From: Schmidtea nova
Lineage: Eukaryota
Reading direction: 5' to 3'
DNA: 64,000 nt
Assembly (NCBI GenBank): GCA_044892505.1
Contig: CM097882.1
Span: 100,130,001-100,194,000 of the forward strand
The notes beneath the pieces are model-generated. The model saw only the letters and a program-made list of their open reading frames with translations, was not told the origin of the DNA and searched no databases. Shown piece after piece: positions 35,201 to 47,200 of the stretch (its first letter is position 1; every line of letters starts with the position of its first letter). The position numbers and the translations under genes are program-made.

Positions 35201-38200
35201 ATCGTTTTCATTGTAAGTTCCTTCCGCATATGCGTGTACCTTTTCCACAATTGATCCGAGTATCTCCAGTGTATGTTTAGAATTCTCGAATTCTGGTAAT
35301 AGTTCTTTTGCTTTGTCCTGTATCGCATCTAACCTTTCTTGATATGGTACCTCTGCGCTGAAAAGTGGTGTAAATTTCCTTTTGCTTTCTCTTTCCTTTC
35401 GACCTAGGAATTGTTTGCATTTTTCGGGGTGGTTTAATATGTCTACTAGTTTGTCATACTCTTCCTCCACCGTTTTGTACTTATCTTGAAAATTGGATAT
35501 ATCTTTGTAAGTTATCGACTTGGTTAGCGATTTTGCACACCATTCCCTAATTTTCCTGAATAATGCTTCTTTTTCGCTTTCGAATTTACACTCCTCTTTG
35601 TTTTTGGAAATTGTGATCTTTCTTCTGTCCAATAATATTAACAGTGTTTTCTGATCACAAACTAATTTTAATAGGAATTGAAATAACGCGTTTTGTCCTT
35701 TACTGTATACTTCGTTTATATTTAATACCCATGTATCATTTTCGGATCTTTTCCATTTTATTAGCTTGCGTATTGTTTTGCAGTTACCGATTTTTATTGC
35801 CTCCTTGATTATATCACCTTTGATCAGTTCGTCTATTTCCCAAGTGGCCTTCTCGATTATTTGTTTGAGCATTATCTGATTTGAGCTCCATATTGCGTGA
35901 TTCAAGACTGTTTTGTTTTCTCTATCGCGTTCCGTCCAGTTGAAATCGGCATTTATCAAAAGGTCTATTATTGCTTTATCCGATTTGTAGATGGCTGCTA
36001 CCATTAATGGTGTTTCTTGTTCGCTATTCCCAAAACCAAGGTGTTGGTTTGTTTCCTTAGCGATTTTTAGAAATTCTTTTACTCTCTCTACTTCTCCCCA
36101 TTTTATGGCGTTATGTAATGCTGGTTGTCCTCCTATGTCTTCTAGTGAAAGTATTTCTGGAATCTTTTCCAGTAGTTCTGAAATGACTGGTTTTGTTGGT
36201 AGTCCCCTTGCGTAATCACTAATTATCGACTGAATATCTCTTAATATATCGTCTCTGACATGCCATTTTCCCATTATTTCTCTGGCTTTTAGTACAATTT
36301 CCTTGTTTCTTTTTTCTCGTTGATTGTTCTCTGCTTCGGTACTTTCATTGGTTGCTCTGAGCATATTCATTCTGGCTGTCTGGGATCTGGTTATTATTCG
36401 TTCTTCTGGCGCTGTGGTTATTGTCTTTGGTACTTTTTTACATCTGCATGTATTAACGTATATTGGTCGTATCAATGGTCGATTAACAAGTTTTACCTTC
36501 ACATTGTTTTCCTTTTTGTATATAACTTCGTAAGGGCCTTTTCCTGGTCTTTGTAGTTTTTTAACGGTTCCTGGTATTATTTCTGGGGTTTCTATCATCA
36601 CCCAATCTCCTGGTTTAAGATCATTTGTTTTAACATTTTTCTTTTGATCGTGTAGGTCCTTGTAACTTTCTTGGTAAAACTTTATGTTCAGTTCAGCTGT
36701 CTTCCATATCTCTTGCATTCGTTCTTTGAATTTGGTGACGTAATCATCTTCCTCCATATATTGAGACAAAGGTGGTTGATATTCAAGATCTATTGGCATA
36801 TTGCATTCCCTTCCATACATTAATTGAAATGGACTCAATTTTGTTGCTGCGTGTGTCGACATTCTGTATGCCATTAGACATAGCTTTACGTATTCATCCC
36901 AATCTGTTTGGTGTTTGCTTACATAATTGGATAACATTCGAATCAATGTGCCGTTAAATCTTTCCGTTTGTCCATTGGTTTGCGGATGATATGGTGACGT
37001 TCGTAATTTAGCTATTCTGAAGTAATTTGTTACTTCATCTAGTATTTCGCTCATAAAATTTGTTCCTTGATCTGTTAGTATTTGTTTCGGGGTTCCGTAT
37101 CGACAACATATTTCCTCTACTAAAATTCTTGCTACGGTCTTTGCTTTTTGATCCGGCATCGCAAATGCTTCAGGGAATTTAGTCAAATAATCCGTTATTA
37201 CCAATATATATTGATTCCCGTTTAAACTTTCTGGCAATGGTCCTATTACATCCATCGCAATGGTAGTCATTGGTTCCGCTGGTATTGGCATGGGTTTTAA
37301 GGGATTTTTCCATTTCTTCCCACTATCCTTTCTTGTGGCACAAGTTAAACAGTTCTTTATCCATTCCTTTACGTCTTCGTCCATTGTTGGCCAATAATAT
37401 TTCTGTCTCATACGATCTAATGTTTTCTTAGAGGACATGTGTCCTCCTAGCTTTCCGTCATGGTATTGAGTTATTATCTCTTTTCGTCTATTACTTGGCA
37501 GACACATTAATCGTTTTTCTCCATCTTGTATTAACAACCATCCTTTTTCTATTGTGTATCGGTGTTGGTATTTCCTCATGTGTTCTTTTAACTCCGCATT
37601 GTCTTCGAATACATCCATATTTCGTGAGCTTAGAAATTCTATGATGGGTTTTAGTTCTTTATCCTCTTGCTGATCTTTCTTTAACTCACTGAAATCCAAG
37701 TCCTCTGCTATCACTATGCATATTCTTTGCACTTCTGGGTCTGTTAGTTCTGGAAACGTTAATCTTGACATACAATCTGCGTTGGCATTCGCTTTTCCTG
37801 ATTTGAATTTTATATCTGGTGAATATTCTTGTAATTGCATCGCCCATCTCATCAACCTGCTGGATGTTTCCTTGTGTTGTCCTAGCCATACAAGTGGTTG
37901 ATGATCCGTGGTTATGCATATAACGTGTCCCCATAGTAGATATTTAAAGTGTTTTATTGCTAATATTATCGCCAATGCTTCTCTTTCCGTTACTGAATAA
38001 TTCTTCTCGTGTTTCTTGAATGTTCTGCTATAATATCCGATTACCCGCTCTTTTCCCTCGTCATCATATTGTCCTAACACTGCTCCTGCTGCATATCCAC
38101 TTGCGTCGGTTGCGAGTAAGAATGGCTTTTTAAAATCCGGGTGAACCAATATTGGTGCAGTTATTAACTTATCTCGTAATGTTTCGAAGGCTGTTTGTTG

Positions 38201-41200
38201 TTCGCTTCCCCATATGAACGATACGTCTTTCTTTACTAGCTCCTGGATTGGTTTTGCAATTCCTGCGTAATCCTTTATGAATTTTCTATAGTAACCGCAT
38301 AATCCGAGAAATTCTTGGATCTGCGTTATCGTCTTTGGTACTGGACATTCTTTTACTTTATCAATGTTTCTGGGATCTGGTTCCTTTCCTTTTGCGGACA
38401 CAATATGTCCTAAGAATGTCACTTTCTCTTTTGCCCAATCGCATTTCGATGGTTTGAGCTTGAGTTTCCATTGTCTCAATCTAACAAATACATCTCTGAT
38501 ATCTTGGATGTGTTGTTCAAATGTGCTTGAGTAGATCAGTAGGTCGTCAATGTAAACCATGCATTGTTTTATGCCGTGGGTAACGAAATTCATACATCTT
38601 TGAAATGATGCTGGCGCATTGGTTAGTCCGAATGGCATTTTCCTAAATTGGTACAAGTCTCTTCCGATAGTGAAAGCAGTTTTCTCTTTGTCTTCCTCCT
38701 TCATTTTAATTTGCCAGTATCCGCTTTTCAAATCCAATGATGTAAAATATGCCGCTCCTTGTAATGTCAATAACATCTCGTTGATGTCCGGTAATGGGTA
38801 GGTATCCCTTTTTGTAACTGCATTTAATCTCCGATAATCGATACAAAATCGTTGTGTTCCGTCTTTCTTTTTCACCATTACAACTGGGAATTGCCACGGT
38901 GAGCAGCTTGGTTCAATTACTTCTGCGTCTAGCATTTTCTGTACCTCTGCTTCTGCTACTGATTTTTGCGCTTCAGCTAACTTGTATGGTCTTAACGCAA
39001 TAGGCGTTTCGTCTGTTAGGGGAATCGTATGTAGTGTGACGTCGCATGTCCCTAGATCTAAATCGGATGCTGCGAATATATCTTTATATTCTATCAGTAA
39101 TCTTTCTAGCTGCTTCTTTTGATCCTCATTTAATAGTTGGCTATCAATGTTCCAAGTGGGTTCCTCCTCTTTTACTCCTTCTTTTATTGGTATTTCGATA
39201 TCCATCATTGGAGTTAGTTTACCTAGTCTTTCATTTTCATAAATTATTTTATCCTCTTCATCGAAATTTACTACAGTTATTGGGATTTCTCCGTTGTCAT
39301 TCGCACTCACTAATCCCCTTGCCATTGGCAACGACTTTCTCTTTTCAAATCTTTTACTGGGTTCAAAAATCATGTCACCTTCTATTGTAGGGTCTATTTT
39401 TACGAAGCATATTTTCTCTCTCCGTGCTGGTACGATTATTTGTTTCGAACTTGTTACTTTTGCTTCTATTGCGCATATCTGTCCTGTCCTATCCTTTAAT
39501 CTCATTGTTCCGAGGTCAATAACTATTTCTTTAAATAATGCTGGCATCAGATCCGTGCCTATAATGCATGGTACGCTCAGTGCTGGTATTACTGCTACGT
39601 ACGTTTCGATTTCCGTGTTTTGATGTTTTATCTTTACCCACCATCTTCCGGCAACTTCTACTACTTCTTTACTGCATGCTATTACGTGAACGTTGGTTCT
39701 CTCAATATCCCGTCTTTGTTCTTGTGGTATCCATTTTATATCTATTGCTGAGATATTTGCTCCTGTATCAATCATCGCTTCAATTTCCCTTCCGTTAATT
39801 TCGATTGTTGTAGTTAATACTGGACCGGTGTTTGATGACATTACTGCAATTGTATGTGAGTCCCCTTGCGGATCTACGCTTCTGCACCGTCTCGTTCTAT
39901 AGTCTTCTGGTATCATAGGATATATGTTTGTCATCGGCATCATTTGCATTGTATTTTGTCTCATCCCTGGTGTTGGTTCTTGGTACATAGTTGGTGGGGG
40001 TGCGTAACACTTCCACATTTCCGCTGGATTCTTTTCGACATACTGTGGTACTTGATTTTTAAATACTTGACCTCCTTCGTTATCATCATCATCGTCGTCA
40101 CTGGAATCGTCTTGGGTTCTGTACCCTTTCATTCTTTCCCATAGTCCTTTTCTCTCTTTCTTTAGTTGTTGTCTTGCTTGCTCGTTATTCATTATCTTTT
40201 TAAATTTTCGTCCCACCTCTTCATCGGTTCCTTTCATTTTTGCCAGTATTTTTAGGAGTCTCTTTATTCGGTGAATATCTTTTGAATGACCGTGTAATAC
40301 CATTGTTTTAGCCAAAAATGGTAAGAATCCTACCACCAATTTCCAATTTACTTTCTTTTCTCTTTTATAGATGTCAAAACAGGCTAACATTTGCGTTATT
40401 ATTACCCGTATTATTTGTATAATTAGTATAACACCAAGTATTCCTGCCATCATTTGTCCAAATATTAAAAATCTTCCCCACATCGCTTTCATCATGTTTT
40501 CCGTTGCCTTCTTAAAGTGGGCTGGTGACAATAATAATTCGTAATTTGGTCCACCTTGGTAATTTGTTCCTCCTGTTATTGTTACAATGCTGGATAACAC
40601 CGCTTCCCTTCTTGCTGGAAATAGTATGTTTTGTCTTGCTGCTTCTAAATCCTTTGCACTATAGAATCCCATATTGCTTACATCTACGTCTTTAAATTTT
40701 CTTCCTTTTGATAGTTGCATTAATTCAAATTCTCTTGGTGCTGGTACCTCTGTTCGTGACGGAAACATAACCCAATTTCCGTCTGGTTTTTGGTATAGTG
40801 GTCCATATGCGTTGCTGCAATTGAAAGGGTTTGGTTCGAAGCTTACTGGATTTATGATTCTTGTCACTGGTTGCACATATCTTACCTTCCCTTTGTATTC
40901 GATTTCTAGTTCGTTTGTACACTGCCCTGGTTGTAATTTTGTCATTGTCGCTACCTTCGCATTTGTCTTTTTACATATGTATACATACATGACCTCTCCG
41001 ACTACCCTTCCAAAATGACCTTCTCTTAATGGTAATAATGGCATTGCACTGTCCGGGTTTGTGATTGCTACCGCTAGTTTTGTCTTTAATATTTCCCTAT
41101 TTAATATGCAATCGTTGTTTATTAAATCGTAATACACTTTTTGTAGTGACGCTTGTCCTCTATGGAATAGAAAATCCATTTTATTGTTCATGTAAAGGTG

Positions 41201-44200
41201 TAATTTAACATCGTTCGTGTGTACTTTGCGTTTCGCACTAGGTACTTCTTGTTTTGATACAAAAATGCCGGGGTAGTTGGTTTCCAACATGGCTACTCCG
41301 CATTTCAAGGCTGTTTTTCCTTTTACAAACCTCATTCCGATATCTGCATCTGAGGTAATTAGTACCGTTGGTGTATTTCTCATTTTAATTTGTTTTTCTT
41401 GTGTTCGGGTTTCAATCTTTTTCTCTCCCCGTACTGTGTCTTGAAGTATTTTTCCTCTTGCTGCCTCGTCTTCTTCTTCCTCTTGGAAGGTTTTCCCTTG
41501 TATCTCATCGAATTCTGCTTCCTTTAACAGTTGTAGTTGACATTCCTTTCCTCGTATCTGGTAGGTTAGGGTTGACATACCAGTCTGACAAGTGTTTGAC
41601 TCGATTTTGCACATAGGTAGAGTTTTCATTTCTCCCGTCGTTGGATCGAAGAATGCCTCGTACGTTTTTAGTTCCACTGTATACGTATCTATTACCACTA
41701 GGTTTGTTGCTGCTACTCCGAATATTGGATATGTTGCTCCTTGGCAGTACCCTTCTCCTCCCGTAATAGCTCCTGCTACATAATATGTTTGTTGCAATAT
41801 CACTCCCGTTTTTCCTCTTATCTTTACTCTATCTCTAGTCTCTACTTCTCCATGTTTAAATAATTTTTCACAGTCTTCTCCTTGCAGCATTACCGATTCT
41901 CTTTCCGTTCCTGGCATCACGATTGCTGAATAATGGCGGTGCCCACAATAAAAAGCAAATCTGGTTTTATAAATTTTGCATTCTCTGACCATTGTTCTTA
42001 TCAGTTCAGCTTCCTGATATACGTGGTATAATTGTCTCTTTTTTAATGTTTTTAGCTCCGTTGGGGTTGCGTCTTTACATTGTTCTGTCCCTCGTAATGA
42101 GTATTTTTCCCCTAATGCCATTTGATCGCAATCGAATACTTCAAATGCTGTTGCGCCGTCAGTACTAATCATCCATATTAACATCATCATAATAATGGAA
42201 CTCAAGTTTAGTGACGATTTCCCGTTTCCTGTTCCCGACTTTTCCTTTTCCAATTCTCCCAATATCTCTTCGAATTTCCTTTTCATATTTTTGGCTTGGT
42301 TTTTCTTTTGGTTCGTTTCTGTGAATGTTTCCCATCCTCCTTTACTGATGATGTACGGTTCTATTTCCTTCTCTATAATTTTGGCTGTATTCTTTATATG
42401 TCTTTCAAGTGCTGTGGGTTTCAGTCGACCTCTACTCAGTGTCAGCAGATTGTAGATGGTGTATGCCATAGCTATTAAATATTTGTTATCCGTCTCTGCT
42501 CCTTCCGTTAACTTCTTTATCAACATCGTGGTTCCTTGCCAATCTAGGTGGTTTGACCTTGTCTTCTCTTTTATTAATTCTGGTAGGATTGGTGCGATGG
42601 CGCTATGCAGTGATTTCGCCCTTTCGCTTATTTCGTTTATTCTCCACCATTTCTTTAATTCTGGATCGATTATTGCCAGTATTTCCATTAACATCTTTGA
42701 TATCCATTCCTCGCCTTGGTATGTTTGTGTTGTTTCTTTTTCTTTCGTTTCGGCTATTTTATTTAGTTTCTTTAAACACAAATCCCATTGATCCCGTCTT
42801 TTTTCCTCTCTTGATTTTATAACTACATTTGCTGGATCCATCTTGGGTCTACCTCTAGGTCGTTTATCCATTGTCGTGCCCGTTTCTACCAATCTTGTTT
42901 CTCGTCCAGTTTCTTCTGTGACGTCTCTTGGTTCATTGGCTCTTTCTTCTAACCATCTTTCCATTTCTTGTGTGAATTGTACATTTTCTACATTTGCCCT
43001 CCTTGCTTCCTCTTCTGCTATTTCATTTACTTCTTCGATGATTATTTCTTGTTCAACTTCATCTTCGGTGTTGGTTACCGGTATTGCTGTTGGTAATTCT
43101 TGAATTCTTTCGAAAATATTATCATCCTTCTCTTTTGTTAGCTCTATTAACTCCTCTAACATATCATCGCTATCTGTAAAAATTTCGTCTACATCGTATG
43201 GTTCTGGTGGTGTTCTTTCTCTTGTCTCTCTTGGTGTTGTTTTAGCTTGTTCTGAGCTTGTTCCTGGAGTCATTACCGATTTCATTGGGCTCGGCGTACT
43301 CATACTTCCTTTTGGTTTCTTTTCCTCTTTCAATTTCAATGGTTGGCCTGCTATTGCTGCCACTGTCAATGTATTTGCGATATCTAATTGCGCTGGCGTT
43401 ATTCCAATTTCCAAGCTGTTATCTAATGATCGTCCTTGGTGTTGTAAATGGAATGGTGGTTCATATCTCAATTTCTTTTTAATGTCTCGAACTTTCTCCG
43501 CTATCCCTACCCAAAACTCTTCCTTTTCTTGGTTCGGATATACTATTCTTAGGTGTACTTTCTGTGGCGATTCCTGCGAGAATTCTTGGTTTCTCCATTT
43601 TTTAATTACGTGATCCAATTGTTCTGGACACCACTCGTTAACTCTTTTGTATTCGGCGATTGCTTTTGCTACTTTACGCAAGCATGTTATGTCTTCTCCA
43701 TTAACTACGAAAAAATCTGCGAGACCTTTTACTACTTTTCTCTTGCCGTGCGCATTGGTTTTTAATATTTCGACAAATTCTTCCGTTTTTTGTTTTTCTC
43801 TTTCCAACCACATGGTTGTCGTTTCTGGTCCGTCTAAATCTGCTGGCATGGCTTTTCTTGTTACCATACAGACTCTTCCGGTTTCCGGTTTGTGATCGTC
43901 TTCTATGCCTATTCCGTATTCCTCTTCGTATTCGCCTGCTTTTGGTTCCCAACATTTTCCTCGTTCGTTCCATTGTTTTTCTACAGGTGTTGGTAATCGT
44001 CTGTTGAGATTGAGTTCTTCTAATACGTCTTCCCATTCTGGCCAAATCCGCCAATTTCGATAAATGTCTACTATTTGTTGTAATTTATGCACAACTTCTT
44101 TTTGTCGTTCCCGTTCTCTTTTCTCATCCTTAGCAGTTTCTCTTGGTGTATCGTCCATTCTGATAACGTGGATGGTTTGGTGATTATCCCATATACCAAT

Positions 44201-47200
44201 TTTATATAGCCGTCTTTCATCGTGATCCCATAATACATGTTCGTTATATTTCATGATTATGTCATCTTCCCATTCTTCTTCTGGTTCTCTTTGTAATAGT
44301 GTCTCGTTGATGACATTTACTAATTCTTTTATGGTACAATCTGCTACCACTTCAATTTCTTTGGTATCCTCATTAGGCAGTTCCACTGAAATTTTTAGAT
44401 CTGTTATTTTTCCTTGTCTAAACATTGCTTTTCCCATTTTGGCAATTACTTTTCCGTATGAGATCTGTGACCATCTCGTGTGACTTGTGTCACGTATGCA
44501 CTCGATACATCGTTTCAACTTTTCGTATTCGCTTCTCATTAACTCCTTTCTATGTTTTTTGATTTGTGGGATGATTTGTTCTATCATGGAATTTAGATTT
44601 CCTCGTAAGATTCGTCCTTTTTCGTATTCTAACCGTGGTTTTATCTTCCTCTCGAAACACATATTTGCTTCTTTTGCTACTTCTTGTAGGTTCTCTTCTC
44701 TCTTATCATCGCATATCGATAATGTTGTCACCTCTCCTGGCCATATGCCTGTTTCTATCAAATGCGTCCTTTTCTTCACTAGTCCATTCTGTGAATAGAG
44801 GAATTTGTTTTTATATGAACTCCCTAATCTATCTTCTACCCATTGATAGATATCTTCCGTGAGTGGAGTTTTGATCCAAATCCTTGGCAAACATGTTTTT
44901 ATCTCTATTAGGATTATATATTCATGGAGTGGTTCTTTTAATAATTTTCCTACGTATTGGCTTAGTGTTTCTACTTCCCGGCCTGGTAACCACTCTTTAT
45001 AGTTCATTTGTAATATTGCTCTCATGAATTTTCTATAGTGTTTCTTGTCAATGAATTCCTCATTATATATTACTTCTAGCGCGTTATCTAATAATTTCTG
45101 GATCTCGTCCTCTTTTACTTGAATAGTTTCTGGTGTCTTTACTACTTCTATCTTTTTGTCTTCAATTTCCGGTTCGTTTAGCATATCTCCGGCTAGACTA
45201 CTGACGTCACTATCCTCTTCGTCATCTGAGAATTTCTTTGCCTGGCCTCTCAACATGTTAATGTGTTTTATTTGGTTGATTTCACTTGGTGTATTTTCCG
45301 TTGGTCTTGTTTCACTTTTAATAGCTTTTTGTGTTGATTCACTCTTGTCGTCTACTACTCCGACCTTTCTCATTTTTCGTTCTAACTCGTCTATTTCTCC
45401 CAACCGTCTTCGTATCATTTTCCCTTTAAATATTCGACTGATTCGTGTTTCGTGACGCACTGGCGATGGAATTCCTTCTGGTTCTATTTCCTTGATTACC
45501 ATCACATTTCTTTTTGTCTCTACTACTCCCAGGTTTTCCCATGTATCCGTTAGTTTCAATTTTACTTCTGGTGCACCTTCTATTTTTAGGAATGCTTCTC
45601 TGGGCAGTTTCGTTACTCCTGGAGCCATTTCATTCACTTTATTGAACAATATTTCTACTTCTTCTTTTATGTTATATTGGAATCGAAACACGTGCTTGTT
45701 TGGCAAAATTACCATCATTCCTCTTTTCCCGAGTTTCCTTTTCTCTTCTTGGTTCCCTTCTTTTTCTACTTCCTTTTCTGTTTCTTTTTCTGCTTCTTCA
45801 TCTTCTTGTATTATCTCTTTTCGGCCTTCGTTGTTGGTTGGATTCGGGTTTGTTGGATTTATTTCTGGTACAGTCTCTTTCTCGTGGGTATTTGTTTGAT
45901 TGGTTGCTCTCATCATATTAATTCTTAGAGGTTGTCGTTCTCTTTCTTGCTGTTTTTGTTCCTCTTCTCTTTGTATTCTTGCCCATTCCTGAGCATGTCG
46001 TGCTTGACTTTCCCGATTCAATCGTTCGTTTTCGCTTTCTATTTTCCTCATCATATTGATTTGTTGTTGACCTGTTTGCGGATTTCCTCTGGTTGTATTG
46101 TTTATCAGCTCCGTCAATCTTTGGACCTCTTGCATTAAATGTATCTCTTTAGTGGTATTTTTATTTTGGTTATTATTATTACTATTTGGTTGGTTTCCGT
46201 ATTCCGGTTGGTTTCCATTATTTGGCTGATTTCCATAATTCTGTCGATTTCCACCAGTTGGTTGGTTTCCATAGTTTTGTCGGTTTCCGGTATTCTGCCA
46301 GTTTCCTCGTTGATTGCTTCTTTGTCCGCAATTTCTTGATAGGTGTCCAGGCCGTCCACAATTAAAACAGGTTATTGTGTAACATCTGCTCTCTGAATGC
46401 CCTTTTACTCCACATTTTCCACAATTCAAGTTCTGATAACATTCTTGTTGCCAATGTCCCAATTTCCCACATGTTTTGCATTGTTTCGTTGGTCCTTGGG
46501 GGTTGTAATTGTTTTGATTTCCGTAATTTGATACTTTATTCCCTTCATTCCTTCGTTGCGGTGGTGGTCGGTTTAATTGTTGTGAATTTGGAATGTGGTT
46601 ATTCAGGTTCACTTCTTGTTCGTTTTGTGCTGTATCCATAGCTAAATAGATTCTACCATCATTTCCTATCATGTGTAGTTCAAATCTATTAGCTGTTTCT
46701 AGTGCTTGGTCGATGGTTTTACACCCTTGACATCCAACTTGCGCTCTTATGTCGGGTCTTCTTAATCCTCCCACAAAGATAGCTGCCATTAACTCCTCAT
46801 TTATTGGGCTGTCTTGATTAAAGATCAACTTTGCTAACTTTTTCAATTCGCTTGCATATACCGCATTCGATTCATTTATCTTTTGTTTCCTCATTGAGAA
46901 TTCCGTGAATGCCTCATTCAATACTTTATTTATTCCAAAGGTTTGTTGGAAAAAGTCCTTTATCGCTGACCAACTTGTAGGTGGATTAGTTCCATTCTTT
47001 GCTTCCAAATATAGATCTAATGCGCTATCTTTCAAATATAGCTGAATTCTGCTTACAGTTGTTTCTGGTTTCCACTTGCATACTTCCACGAATATGCCAA
47101 ATTCCTTTAAGAAAGTTTCTAATTTACTCGCATCTCCATTAAACGGTTCTCCGGAAAATTTGTCTTTTATCTCTTCTCTTGGTTCACTCATTTCGATTCC

